A stretch of DNA of 62,601 nucleotides, filler included, from Squatina squatina (GCA_031763465.1; 4 parts of 4 records of this genome joined end to end with filler, not necessarily neighbours in it); one strand, 5' to 3'; shown: positions 46,686 through 61,140, counted from the first letter of the whole stretch. Notes: a model not told the origin generated them from the letters alone. Translations and numbers: made by a program.

Positions 46686-49600
46686 TATTTGTAGACAATA
46701 TAACATTCTAATTGTACTGATACTTTGAAATGTTGCCCATCTTTCAGATGACAAACATCAGGTTTGACTTGGAGTTCAACACTCATTTTTCCCTTATATC
46801 CCCAGTATAATTCCACTCAAGCTTCTTGCTATTGGCCTTAATTTTCATCTTCTGTAACTGTGAGCAGAGTATTATGTTTGAAGTGCCATTTTACACTCAT
46901 CGTACTCTGATGGTATGGTAAAACTTGAAATATAATGAGGAAAAAGGCTGACTAGAGGAAAAGCCAATCAGTACTACACAGGCCATTTGCTTTCTATGTT
47001 TATTCAGCTGCAGGCTACACATTAATAGGTTATAGCAAATCTGGAGGTTTCATTTAAAGTGGTGGAGAATTGACAGAAGCGCAGACACTGGAGACTCCAA
47101 AAAATTTCTGGCGGATGACAGATATACTACTGAAGCCCTTCATGCAGTGCTGAAGGACCTCCAAAGTCTCTGTCTCAAGAATTGAGATCTGTTACAAAGT
47201 ACTAAGCCAATCAAGCTGTTCCGTGACTACTGAAAAAAAATACAGATGTGGGCTTCCGCGAGTACTTGAATGTGAAATTAGATAGATACAGTAACCTATT
47301 CTACAGGTCCTTCTGAAAGATACCTCTGACTGCAGGCAACACAAAGCAGGTTTTGGCAGGAAATCAGGACTCTTCTATGCTAATTTCATTAAATGCCTCT
47401 GAGCAAGATTAAATTATTTCACAGCTCGCAGAATGATATTTCTACCTCTGTGAATGAGCAGAATATTGATGTTATCATTGATGTTTATTGCTCTTTTTCA
47501 TACAAGCTCAAATTTGCATTGTGGAAACAAAAGGAAAAGTTTCCATGAAAATGTAGGAAATTCTGTAACTGAGATCTGGAATTCAACACTGCGTTACTGA
47601 TGTAATTCTTGATATTAAAGCACTATGAATATCTCTAAACACTACAGCATTAATGTATGGAACAGAGAATACAAACAAGAATTTAACACTAACAAGTTAA
47701 TAAGTGTCCCAAACTATTTGTATTTATTTGTATACAGAATTACATCTAACATTCACTGGAGGCCATAAGTAATAAATCATTTCCCACTGCCAGTTAGAAC
47801 ATACCTTTGAACGGTATGAAACAAGCTCAAAATGTCAGCAATCACAAGCAACGTTGTAGGTCTATATATCGCCTGATTAGTGCAATAATGGAACCAGGCA
47901 AATATTTTGTTAACTAATAGTTTTATAAATGCTCATAAGTTAAGCAATGTGTGCTGACTGAGGCTCACATTGACGTTTGTCTTATTTCTTCCGGGCTACA
48001 TTAAAAATGATAGGAATGAATAAATTGCACAGTTTAGAACAATGCCAAGGCAAATCTGAAGAATACGTATTTTGAAATGATGAGTTGAGCAGAATGGAAG
48101 AATAGTTGTAAAAATAGAGCTTGCTGCAAACACACAGTCGATCAGTCAGCAACTGAAAGGGAAAACCAACTTAATGTGCTGGATGAGAGATTTATCTTTT
48201 TAATAAAACTGAAGAATGGGCAGGAGACTTTTGCACATGCAAGCAAATGAAGAACTTGTAATGAAAGGCGATGCTTTCTGCAAATTTATTATTTGCATAT
48301 TTTAANNNNNNNNNNNNNNNNNNNNNNNNNNNNNNNNNNNNNNNNNNNNNNNNNNNNNNNNNNNNNNNNNNNNNNNNNNNNNNNNNNNNNNNNNNNNNNN
48401 NNNNNTTCCCTTGGTGCAAGCGCAGGACAAGTCACAGGATTTGGGGACTTCAAAAGCCATTGGTGCTGATTTTAATATTTGATAATAAACCCCAAGAAGC
48501 ATTCGCGAGTGCACACACAGAAAGCCTAAGATCAGGCTGGGAAGTGCAGCAAAGCCATTATCGGGATGAAACCTGGCAGCAGGGCTCCCGCACTAGAACC
48601 CGCCCACAGAATTGCCGGTATGGTAATTTTACATCAGAAGCTCGCAATAAATGGTGAGTAATTTGAAGGGCCATATATTTCAATCATAACTGCTGAAAGC
48701 AGAGGTTGGAATGCGGAAAAAAATATCTGTTGTGGGAATATGCAGTCTTTAGGGATCGATTATATCCATTCCCTTCTACAAGCAGTGATAACCTCCCACA
48801 TATTAGAACAGTGACCAGATGCTTGAGATTACTCCAAGGTCAAGAATCTGGCTTAAGTCAAGTTCTGTCTTATTTAGGATACAACTGTCGAGGATCATAA
48901 ATTAAAAATTTTAGGTAAGTTTTAGGAGGTTTCCCCGGTGGCTGTTTAAATATTCTGTGAGATGTGAGTAAAAAGATTTACAGCCCCCTTGTTATATCAT
49001 CCCTTTGTGGATTCGGCAATTTAAAACCAACTTTGAAGAGAGATTTGAAGCAGAAAAATGGTAAAGCTGACAGATTGTTGTCANNNNNNNNNNGCCTCCT
49101 GTCAACTGATCATTAAATGGCATTGGCAACAGTCTGTATTATAGACTCTCCTGTCTGCCTTTATCAGAGAGCATGGTAGTGAGTGGCACTTATGGGAAAT
49201 AAAGGAATAAAGCAGAGATAAAAATAAACAAGAGAAATATGCAGCACAGTAGAAGATTTACCAGCAACTGGGAGCTATCAAAGCGTGTACACTTTATTCA
49301 TTGTGTGAGCCTTCAAAAAATATGCTGCTTTCTTCAGTCGGATGCTCGGGGGCGAATAAAATCATCCAAGGNNNNNNNNNNNNNNNNNNNNNNNNNNNNN
49401 NNNNNNNNNNNNNNNNNNNNNNNNNNNNNNNNNNNNNNNNNNNNNNNNNNNNNNNNNNNNNNNNNNNNNNNAGAAAAACTTTAGAGGATGACAATTTCCC
49501 TTTAAAATGCATCAATTCTTGATTAAAGTAATCCAAGTCAGTTAAGTCTATAGAGCTGAGGAAATTGGCTAACTTAATCTCCTGCTAATCACTTGCTCAG

Positions 49601-50010
49601 CATACTCAACATGCATAGATAAATATGTCCCTTGCATGCGTCACATTCCCTGGTGCACAGCTACATAGGCTATTATTATAATATTTGTTACGTTAATGTT
49701 TTATGAATTAAAGCATGATCTTCATCTGACAGTTTGCCACTAATTTCAAAAACAAGAAATTGAGTGTGTCAGTAATCTTGAATGTTTATTAGATAACAGC
49801 TAATGCAACCATATCTTATCTTTCCCTAGAATATCAGGAAACTGAATTATATTATTCCTTCTCTTTTGGTCCAGAGTCTACCAACAATGACAGCAACAAC
49901 TGGCATTTATATAGTGCCTTTAACATATTAGGCCTGAAATCGTGATCTCCCCGGGTGGGTACGATGTTCCCACGCACCTGGGGAGACATCGCAAATGCCG
50001 GTTCTGTGGC

Positions 50011-50110
50011 NNNNNNNNNNNNNNNNNNNNNNNNNNNNNNNNNNNNNNNNNNNNTTAATTAATTAANNNNNNNNNNNNNNNNNNNNNNNNNNNNNNNNNN
50101 NNNNNNNNNN
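50011..50110. other. Artificial scaffold spacer (44N-TTAATTAATTAA-44N)
   Basis: 12-mer at 50055-50066. Confidence 0.97.
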
Positions 50111-53100
50111 CAGATCCCCTCTCATTCTTCTAAACTCTAGTGAATACAGGCCCAGCCAACACAATCTCTCCTGCCATCCCATCCCAGTAATGTAATAGAT
50201 TTCAGAACTTAAGAAAATGATGCCAGAGGAAGGATTGACTACCCTGGAACTTTAATGTCTTGAAATGAGAAAACTGAGCTGAGATATGATAATGTTTAGA
50301 ATTATGAAAAGTTTGCACAAGTTTGATCCAGGTAAGCTTTTCGGTCATGTATATTTAAGTACATAGGGTCTTATTTACAAATTAAGGACAACAAATCTGG
50401 TAAGTATGTGAAAATAGATTAGGTGCACTGGTGGTGTAACAAGAAATCTTAACAGGTTTCAAGAAGAAACTAGACAGGTTTTTGGCCAACAAATGGGATT
50501 CAGCGTTATTAGAAAGGACACGACTGTTGCCAACGAACCGAAAGTAGTTGCACATGTGCTGTTCTGGTGCTTTTTTAAAGAAACGACGAAGTTGAGCATG
50601 TACCCTGCTCAGATGATAGGAAAGATCTAAACTTGAGCCTGGGAAAATGACGTGCCGTTTTAATTTCATTTGCATTTCTTTATAATAAAATTATTTCCAA
50701 CAGGAGAAAAAACTGCTATAAGAGGGTGTTTACCGAGCCAATCCAATGGGAATGTTTTAATATTTGTTTATTCTCAAATCGGAGTCTCCACAGAACTACG
50801 GATCTTAACTGTAAAGATGGAAAATATTATAAATAATAAATGGATTTTGATCATCAAAAGCAAATAAGAGTTGTCATTTATGCAGACTTCTCTCTGTTGT
50901 GAACGTTATTTTTTTTAAATTTGGGACCTTCCGGAAGCTTCCAGTTTGTTGGTGGAAGTCACTCTGTATTTTGAATGTGCACATTTTTTTTTAGAGAAGA
51001 AGGCTTTAACTATTCATAACTGCTCACATTCAAGCACGTTTGAATCTCCTTTTAAATCTTAATTGCCCATTACAGTAACTCTCTTCCGATTTTTGAAGGA
51101 CTGGCTTTGGCATGTTCAAAAAAACAAGCATAGCATAAAACCCAATGCAATTCCCAGGAATCCCTCTAAAATTCTGGAACAAAAGCATTCTATTTCACAA
51201 TTGCTTAACTTTTACAGCCTTAACTGAGAGCAGAGAATTGCGCATGAAGGCGCAAAAGTATTCTGTGAAAACTTTATTTTCAAGTACCCTTTTGTACCTT
51301 GGGCTCAAGTTTATGATTGGTATTACTCTGTGTTTACCAGTGCAACAGCAACAAGAGATCTGTAGGGTCCTTCTCTACCTTACATGTAAAACTGAGGCAG
51401 TTCTAAGGGAATGTCTATAACAAGTGTCATTCTCAGTAGAACTGTAGGATCTGCTTTCTTTGAATATTCTTGGTCTACACTTTAGAAACAAACATTTGTG
51501 CAAATCACAGAAGAATGAAGTCATGTCCACATCTCTGTGCTTGAAGTTGCCATGGAAACTAATTACTCAGGGAGAAGGCTTGACAGATTAACTGTTTAAT
51601 GCGATTAGAATGTTCCTTTTATTTGTTGAAAAGTGTGGAATAATGAAAAAAAATTTCAGAGATCATATAAAATATCACTCTTTTCCTGATACCATATGAA
51701 TAGTCTCAAATTTTGAAAACTGAGATGTTTTTGACAAGTGTTGTCTCCTGTGCCAGAGATGTTACTCTCATCAGCTGTAGTGCCATTATTCACATGCCAT
51801 AACTGCCACTTCTCCAGCATGAGATTTCAGCTTACCAGCTCCTGGGGCTCTGAGACAGTGTATTACTGTACAAACTGGCTTAAGGGGTATTCACCTCATT
51901 ACCTTGCTGGCAACACAGTGACACTTGACAAGAAAAGTCCCATTTTAAGCAGCTAGCTTGCCCACAGAGAACAAAATGTCAGTGGTTGCAGTATGTGCTG
52001 AACTGCGACAAAACTCTCATATGTATGCAGCAGCACCAATTTCTTACAAGGATGACTGCAGGCAAAGTAGTACATTGTAGCTTTTATTCAGATGAACACT
52101 AGAAGGTCTATCAGATCACATGTAAAGGGCTTTAGGGCCTTGCTTTGGGTCAAAATCTCAGAACTCACTACTTTGAGAAGTCTACCATAAAACATTGGGA
52201 AAACGATTAGTCATGTCTTGACAACTGCATTGCGATCCAGTGATTGAGGATTACTCACATTTCATCCAAACCCAATAATATACGAGCAAATCCTCAGCAA
52301 TAAGCCAAATTATGCAGTATGAATTTAAACATAAATCTAAGGAGTAAGTCAAATGATGACTGACTGCTAATTTTTATCTAATTTCCTCACAAATCCTTTG
52401 GTTGAAAATATATTCAGTTGAAGAAGTGATGCATTACAAGTTATTCCAATTGAGGTAGAATGGCTGTGAAATGACTATGAACTAATTAAATAAGCTATTT
52501 AATTATGTCATACTATGAATCTATGCTNNNNNNNNNNNNNNNNNNNNNNNNNNNNNNNNNNNNNNNNNNNNNNNNNNNNNNNNNNNNNNNNNNNNNNNNN
52601 NNNNNNNNNNNNNNNNNNNNNNNNNNNTTCATTTGCGGTTGCTAAGGTTTTTTGCATCAGTTCTGACTAACTTCATCTTCTGGTCCAATAGTAGCATAAC
52701 CAATAACAACTATTCCAATGTAAGCCTGAATATTCTCATCGCTTTTTTGCATTGACTTTTTAAATTCTGATCCATTGTTTTTGATATGCAGTTATTGGCA
52801 TGGCTAAATTTGGTAGTTATACTCTTAGGTCACATCTTTGTGGTCTATTTATCATTTATTGTGTTTGCAAAGGTCAAACGTTTGGCAAATAGAGAAATCA
52901 GTGGCTTGCAGCCTATTTTAACTATATTGCCATGACATTATGCAAGCTGAGTGAACCTTGCACAAGCAAGCATAATGCTTAACAGCTCCTTCTGCACCTG
53001 TATGTCACATTTCTCTGCATCATTCAATGAATGAGATGCATAGGCAACATGCTGTCATCAATCATCATACTTTGCAGCATCACAACCCTAATCCTGTTTG

Positions 53101-53290
53101 TGATGCTTCAGTTGTAATTTATTTTTGTCTTTCAGGATCAAAGCACTTCAGAACTGGTTCCTACGTGAGCAGTGTCTTGGAATTTCCCATNNNNNNNNNN
53201 NNNNNNNNNNNNNNNNNNNNNNNNNNNNNNNNNNNNNNNNNNNNNNNNNNNNNNNNNNNNNNNNNNNNNNNNNNNNNNNNNNNNNNNNNN

Positions 53291-53452
53291 AAGAAGCTCC
53301 TTAAAACCTACCTCTTTGACCAAGATTTTGGTCACCTCTCTTAATATCTCCTTTTATGTCTCAGGGTAAAATTTTGTCTGGTAATGCTCCTGTGAAGCGC
53401 CATGGGACATTTTACTACTTTAAAGCCGCTATATAAATGCAAGTTGTTGTTA
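53291..53452 (+). mobile_element. L2 LINE 3' end
   Basis: KKLLKTYLFDQDF followed by ctgtgaagcgccatgggac...gctatataaatgcaagttgttgtt. Confidence 0.85.
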
Positions 53453-56289
53453 TATGTGCGTTATATTTTGTAATACAGTCTTATTATTTATGAAGCAACA
53501 AGGGAAATACTTGGCAGATCTCTTTGGCATGATGTGTTTGGCAAGGGGGGCCCATTGTGAACCCTCACAGCTTGCCTTCATTAGATTTAGTGACCTGACT
53601 GGTCTTAAATGCAAATCACTGCACACAGCACCCTCTTCTGCTCACAATAGGGTGTGGCATGGTGTCCACCTGAATTAATCAAAAGGGCTTGTCTTTATGC
53701 TTTGTGTGTAAGCGTGTGATGCTTTTTGGCTCATGGTTGGACAGAGAAGTGCTTACTCAAAGAGCACAGGATGTTATCCACATTAGTGCATAATGTTTCC
53801 AAATGGAATGATGAATGACAGCATAGATACATAGGTCTCGGGAGGTTTGCTTTTTGTGGCTTGCAAAGTGCCTTAGTGCCAATTGAGAAAAGAATAACAA
53901 AAAAAATCAAAGTACTCCTGGAGCCATTTGAATTCTATCTGGCCATGCTCAAATTTCACATAGAAATGAGAATTTGCTGGTAGAAAGTCACATATACAAT
54001 TTGGTAATGATTGAATGACCTCAAGGTTACTGCAATTGCTAGAAAATGAAAGTGTCACCAACAGCTCTCTTGGAGTTTATTGGAACATGCTCAAATTTAA
54101 ATGGAAGTAAAATTTTCGCTGGCAGCAAGTCATACTTAAGACTTAGTAATGATTGGACTGGATAGTTTCAAAGTGATAGGGCAGGGAAGAAAATTAAAGT
54201 GCTACGGGTGAGCATCTTAGATTTGATCTCGGGTTTTCAAAACAAGTTAGACTTTGATGATAGGAATAAATAAGTCACAGTAAAATTCTGTGATGGATGG
54301 TTGTAAAGTTGCAGAATTATTGGGGTCTAAAATGATTAGCTGTTCAGTCCCAATGGGATAAATCGCTATAGACATACAGACTGCTAAAGGGGCTGTTATT
54401 ATTCTGTAAGATAAATTGTAAGACATAAAATCCATGTGGTCAATTCAGGGATGTGTAAAGTCTAGTAAAAGTTTTATTACAGCACTTTTCAAAAGCTGGA
54501 ATGATATAATTTAGAAGTAATTTTNNNNNNNNNNNNNNNNNNNNNNNNNNNNNNNNNNNNNNNNNNNNNNNNNNNNNNNNNNNNNNNNNNNNNNNNNNNN
54601 NNNNNNNNNNNNNNNNNNNNNNNNTGTAATGATCAAGAAGTGCCCATTCTACCACCAGTGTGGCACCAGTTCTTAGCTCGAGCAACGCGAATAAAGAAAA
54701 CTAGTGACTTCCTTCATTCAAAATGATTTCCACTTCATCAGTGTTGCTTCTTTCTCTTGGAAATCAGAGCTCATCAGAAGGATTACTTCATTAGGCAGAA
54801 CACACTTTACCACCCATGGTGTGTTCCCATTGCTTTCAATGGGGAAACCAAATTCTGCATCATAATATTGAACATTATACATCTCCAGAAATAATACTGC
54901 AGATGTTACATTATATAGGTTATGAAAGCAGTAAAGCATTGAGTAAGGAAGGAGTTAGATGTGATGATAACAGGGAGGGAATAGTTTACAAAGGATCTTA
55001 ATTTAGCACAGCATTCGTATTCTTCAGAGATGCAACCTTGCCAGCCAATTAGCTATATTCAAATCTGTATTTTTAGTGGTGAAAGCAAGTAAATAGCACT
55101 GTCAAGCTCAGTACACAATGTTGTCTCTTAACTGTAGCCTAGTTAGCTAACAACATAAGATCAAGTTACATATTTGGAGTACAGGGAGCAGTGTGCAGTT
55201 AATGGCATACTAAAAGGAAGCTAGACCTCTGGGAACGATTTCCTCCAGTCAATTATTTGAGCAGTGCAAGATTTCCTTTGGTCAACTTTCTTAATGAAAT
55301 CGTAACTGTGTTCCAAACAGATCTACTTTACTGAACTGTCAGCCAGAAGAATGTTTTTTTTTTCCCCGTATTTGTTTATAATGTGGCAAAGTCATCCCAA
55401 TGTGGCAAAAAGTATGTGCTATTTTAAAGAAATATATCTGCTTCAATGGCCCGAAATTTCCGGCCAGCAGTGATGCAAAACATTTGCTGTTGGCCCCGAA
55501 GTATGCTTTGCACAAAGATCTTGTGATACCTGTGTCGAGAACTTCGGGTTTTCCGACCTTCAATTCAAATCAACAGAGTTTAGCGGGGATCCCCTTGTAC
55601 GAACTGCTGTGACATCAAGAGTCTCTCTAAGCAGACAATCAAAATGCAGAATTCTCACCGATAGCGAACAAGGAAGTGAGATAAACTCTTAAAATTCTAA
55701 AGGGGGAAAATTCGGTACCATAGCCACTCCCATTAACTCCAGCATTATCACTGGGGGAGGAGAACCCAGCACCGCACACCAAATCCCACACCCCCACCAA
55801 TGCCGCTGCTTACAGTTATTACCGGAGCCTCAATGCTAGGTGGATCAGGACGTCAGTGAATGTGCAATGCTCACTGACCACCCGATCTGCAATTGTCAAT
55901 ACCTACCTTAGCGCCTGGAGGAAACAGCGATAGGGAGTGCTGGCATGAAGCACTAAAAGCCGGCTCCATAAATGTTATTTAAAGGGATCATCAGTAATAA
56001 GTCACAAATGTAGGATAGTGGAGTTTCAATGCTTTCTTGTTAGTTTCACATAGTGCAACAGTCTAATTCATGGTTTCAAGGTTATTTTTTATCAGAACTG
56101 TTGTTATAAATAAAAAGTAGCTACATTTATTCTTAAAAATTCAAACTCTTGCNNNNNNNNNNNNNNNNNNNNNNNNNNNNNNNNNNNNNNNNNNNNNNNN
56201 NNNNNNNNNNNNNNNNNNNNNNNNNNNNNNNNNNNNNNNNNNNNNNNNNNNNGCACCGCCCCCCCCACCCTACCCCCCAACCCTTTGCT

Positions 56290-56660
56290 TTCTGCCTTCC
56301 GTCCATCTCTCTCCCCACGTGAACATAGTCTCCTTCAGTCCATAAGTTTCTTATGTGGATTTTATCAAATGCTTTGTGAAAAATCATGTAAACGAAATGC
56401 ATTACATTTCCTTTATTGATTCTCTCTGTCATTTCTTCAAAAGAAGCTATAAAGCTCCTCAAGCATGACATGCCCTTTAGAAACCAATGCTTACTGGCCC
56501 TGATTAGCTCATCTTTCACCAAATACTCAGCAATTTCATCCTGCATTACAGACTCTAGTAGTTTATCAACAAATGAAGTGAGACTAAGTAGCCTATAATT
56601 TTCTGCCTTATCCCCATCTCCTTTTTTGAAGAGGTAGCTTATATTTATCACCCTCAAGGT
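56290..56660 (-). mobile_element. CR1 LINE RT fragment
   Basis: Minus strand LFKKGDGDKAENYRLLSLTSFVDKLLES...KHWFLKGMSCL...VYMIFHKAFDKI. Confidence 0.9.
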
Positions 56661-58880
56661 TAAGGGGTGGATCTAATAGTGGTTTCCAAAGGGTATATTG
56701 TGAAAAATTATCTCCACTGATTGGAAAATCAGTAACAAGGGGCATAGAGTTAGGATTATCAATAGAAGAATGAAGCAAAAAGTTATACGAATTATTTTTC
56801 ACGCTAAAGGTTATTAGACGATGCTGTTTTCCCATTGCTACCTGAGCAGATCTTTCTGAGCCATCAGGAAAGGTCCTTAAGGCAAAAGTGGACTTGCAAA
56901 TCATGGCTGTTACTGCCATTGCTGTGGAATGCATGGCACCAGGAGTCAAGGGCATTACAAAAGCAAATCTTGGTGAAGCAGTTCCGTATTATATCACTTG
57001 ATCAAGGAACTAAATGTATCAATGCAAACATGCAGCAAATGAAAGATTGAAGTTACCATTTTAATCCTGTTCTTTTGACCTTTTGAGCATGTTATGCACG
57101 TTTTGGGATTTTGATCATTTTTTTCTTCACAAAAAGGGATTTGAGAATGAGCTATGAATGGTATTTTAAAACAAAGTGAACCTGGACAAGTTAAAGAAAA
57201 GCAATATTGAAGCAGACATTGAAGGATAATATTGGCCTGTAGTTTGCGGCCAGCGGCGAAACAAAGGCATTCACTGCTGGCCCCNNNNNNNNNNNNNNNN
57301 NNNNNNNNNNNNNNNNNNNNNNNNNNNNNNNNNNNNNNNNNNNNNNNNNNNNNNNNNNNNNNNNNNNNNNNNNNNNNNNNNNNNGCCTTAAGGGTTGTCT
57401 TTTTAACATTCTTAGTCATCTTAGCATTATTTTGCACTATGGCCCTGTTTGTTTCTTGCCCGTGATTTCTAGGCCTTCCACTTTTGAATGATTTGCTTAT
57501 CTGACAATTATTCTATTTTGTTATTTATGTAAATATCAATAATACCTTGCTATCTGCTGCAGGACTTATATACATTAATATACAGCATTATCATGTAAAT
57601 AGCTTAATGTATAATTGGTACTTGCAAGTCAAATATATATGCAAATCATCGTACATCAGCAATGACAATAAGCAAATAACTTATCCTATTGGCCTGGAAA
57701 AGCATTTTTCTTTTTATAAGGAATTAAATAGCTACATTAATAAATCCATTAAATCCAGTTGACTGAGAGAACATTAATGAATGGTAAATGTTCATATTCT
57801 AATAAGGCCCCATTTGCAATAACATCACTACCCATACACTAATGGCAATAACAACTGTTCCGATGTATTGTATACTGGAATGAAGATTTCAAGATAATTA
57901 AACCACTTTTATGTTTTAATCAGCTCTTTGTCTCTATTCGAAACCAAAGTGCAATGGAACATTCATTATAACCATATCATTTACCCTCAGCCAGGCATTA
58001 AACACACTCTGAAAATGAACATTAGATTGACAAGCGCCTAAGGTCAAATCCCTATCAAGAAGTGAATTGTCTCACTGATCACTAAAATCTCAACTGAGTA
58101 TAATAAAATGCAAAGTTTCACCTTTTCAGCTGTAGTTCTGAACATAGAAATGGAGCCATTCATTTGGAAATGTAACCTTTGTGTGAATGCATGAAATTGT
58201 GGAAAATTTTATAATGCCTAGTGCCTGAATAGAATCAGATTTAGAAGAAAAGGACTCTTGGGTGTTATGACCTTGTGATTGTCATTTTAAGATCATTTTC
58301 TTTCCAGAGTTTCCAATGTAATACTGCTGTGCTAAATGCTTTTAATGCAATTGTAAACTCTCACACCATACTTTTAAAATTGACCCCTAAAATCAGTTAG
58401 GAATCGGAATGCTACTCAAGGGAAAGGTCTTTGACACGNNNNNNNNNNNNNNNNNNNNNNNNNNNNNNNNNNNNNNNNNNNNNNNNNNNNNNNNNNNNNN
58501 NNNNNNNNNNNNNNNNNNNNNNNNNNNNNNNNNNNNNNCCGAAATGAAAAGAGAATAAGCGTTGATGAGTAAGTGAGCAACACTGAAATTAGCACAATTT
58601 TTTTTAAGTGTCAGGAACTTTTTTTCTACCTGTCCAATTGCCCAACTTAAAGGGACGGCGCTAAATGGGCGCTAAAATAACACATATTGGTCCCATAGCA
58701 CCACAAATGTTAAAATACTAATTGGGCACCCCATGTGTTTAGGCAAGGGTGTTTAATATATAATTCCAAAATAGTTTGTAAATTGAAAGTTAACCCTAAA
58801 AACCTTTTATTTTCCAAGTTTCTCTCCTCCTATCTTGAAGGTAACATAGTAGACTGACGCATAAGTTCAGNNNNNNNNNN

Positions 58881-59215
58881 AATGCGGAGTCAGGGGGCAA
58901 GTAACAGAATGGAGAGCTAGCTGGCTTCCAGATAGAAACAGAGAGGTATTCAGAGTCACAGAAGGTGGAAAATGGGATCACTGTTGGAACCACTGTTGCT
59001 CACAATTTATATTAGCGATCTAAACTTTGGAATCAAAAACACAATTTAAGAACATAAGAAAATAAGAATTAGGAGCAGGAGTAGGCTATACGACCTGCTC
59101 TGCCATTCAGTAAGATCATGGCTGGTCATCGACCTTAACTCCACTTTCCTGCCTGATCCCCCAAATCCATTGATTCCTCTGGAATCCAGAAATGTATCGA
59201 TCTCAGATTTGAATG
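58881..59215. mobile_element. Adjacent CR1 fragments (RT piece on +, 3' tail on -)
   Basis: + strand WRASWLPDRNR...SLLEPLLLTIYISDL; then aagaacataagaaataagaattaggagcaggagtaggc, a reverse CR1 tail with FKSEIDTFLDSRGI on the minus strand. Confidence 0.8.
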
Positions 59216-59409
59216 TTTCTGTGCTGTATATCCTATGTAATCCTATGTAAAATGATGATTGATATGAGGTATGGTTCAATTAGTGCCTTGGCCAACTGAC
59301 CTTTTAAAATGACTATAAATAGTGAAGGCAGGCTATATGAGCATGGATGACATCCCAGCCAGACTGACCTTATCCTTAATCAATGTCACACAAGCACACT
59401 TACCAGTAG

Positions 59410-59565
59410 AGGTCACTAAATAGCGATTTTGAGCAGGAATCCCAGTTGATCTTACTTCCCATGCCCAAGGGAAGCTTACAGTAACTGTCTGCTGAGATCA
59501 GCTGATTCAGCACAGAATGGAGACCAAACATCAGATCTTCCTGGCCTGTACAGCTCAGTACCAAA
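59410..59565 (-). mobile_element. Old SINE fragment (LF-SINE-like; family uncertain)
   Basis: gctgagatcagctgattcagcacaga...cttcctggcctgtacagctcagtacc, reverse of the motif at 5525-5632. Confidence 0.45.
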
Positions 59566-61140
59566 TTGAAAGTGTCTTTAGTCAAAAATATACTCAAAAT
59601 AGCTTGAAAAAGAATAGAAAATCTTATATATTAAGTGTGGTGTGAACAGACTATATTAATAGGTCACCATAAACAAGATGGGACAATTTGACAACTACAT
59701 GCATCCATTTTGATATTTAAATCTGTTATTATTTTCAGTTGTCAGCTTAGCCAAACAACCTTATTCATAACTGAGGTATTTTAATCAATTTATAATTACT
59801 TAAACTCTAAGTTGGCACTGTAGGATCTGAGCTTTGTTTTGACAGCTATTGGAGGAGTTCTGTTATAAATGCAACACAGAGGGTATAACAGTCTCTGTGA
59901 GGAACACCAACTCCCTTTTTATCCGAGAGCAAACCAGTCAAATTGCATATTTTCAGGTTTGATAGATGAACACAAGCTCAACTGGTAATCACAAAATACA
60001 AATCAGACCTAAAAAAAAATCAATAAATAAAATGCAGTGTTGTGCAAATAACTCATGTGCGTGAAAGAGAGCAGAGTCTGACTCCCAAATTTAATTTTCA
60101 TTTATTCGTCCCCCAAGACAAATATATACTGCCTTGTCTCATTTATCCTTATTCCACAGGCTGCAATAATGGAAAATAGTAATCCTCTCCAAATGGACCA
60201 CTTTCTAAGCATTTTATTCAAGAGAATTAAAATCTTTTATCGGCAATGNNNNNNNNNNNNNNNNNNNNNNNNNNNNNNNNNNNNNNNNNNNNNNNNNNNN
60301 NNNNNNNNNNNNNNNNNNNNNNNNNNNNNNNNNNNNNNNNNNNNNNNNCTGCGTCGACTCAAGTTATTCCAGCTCCACCCTGCACGCGATACATAAAAGT
60401 GGTGTGATTCGTGCAGATTTGTCAGGAGATAACACACTGACTATTTACAGGAAATTCTGTGGCCAAAATATACGATGATGTGGTTCGCACATTATAACTG
60501 GATGGATTACACAGTGAGCACTTTCAAATGGCAACATAGCCTTGCTCTGGTGAAACTTGCAAACTTTTGTTTTATTCTTCTCGAGCATTTTATTAATTGA
60601 AAAATTCTTTAGTTTAAGTATGGTCAAAGGACAAAGGCCCTATGACCTTAAAACTCTGCCTCTAGTACCATTATCACACCCAGCTGCAATTTGAACATTC
60701 CTGATAATTTTATCTCTCCTACCCAGATTATTGAAAACATTTATCACTCCCTGATTCTTGGCATTGATTTTAAAATTACTTTTCACTAATTTAAACTTAG
60801 GTCCTCTGGTCCTAAATGGATTATTGACCACCTATTGAACGTGTCCAATCAATGTGAAATTGTTATCAGCAAGGCTAACCATCTCAAGGGCGTTTGGCTA
60901 TAACCTTGAACAAATAATAAGCTTCACTTGGAGTATTAAGTAGGCATCCGACTTTACATTATATATTGCAGATTGAAAAGGAACAGTAAGAATATTTACT
61001 TAATTGCCAAATTAGTTAGAAAAAAAGTGTGATTGACTAAACTGAACTAGTTCTCATCAGAAAAGATTCAGAGGAGAACTGATCCAGTTTTCTTTAATGC
61101 TGAGGAGTGGATATTGTAGACACAAGCTTCAGTTTGGAAA

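Noticed and set aside
50645-50750. Promoter-like cluster (TGACGT, octamer ATTTGCAT, TATA-like, two CCAAT)
   Set aside because: Short motifs in AT-rich DNA, with no downstream leader exon, snRNA or histone gene to support it.
51800-51945. Possible Ig/TCR V segment: GTGTATTACTGT (VYYC) followed by a CACAGTG heptamer
   Set aside because: Lacks the D-x-A-x-Y-Y-C context, the first Cys/Trp framework and a leader. The heptamer is 15 codons away, with no ACAAAAACC nonamer at 12 or 23 bp.
54718-54939. 73-aa minus-strand ORF in scaffold 4
   Set aside because: No domain or homologue recognised and no convincing splice signals.
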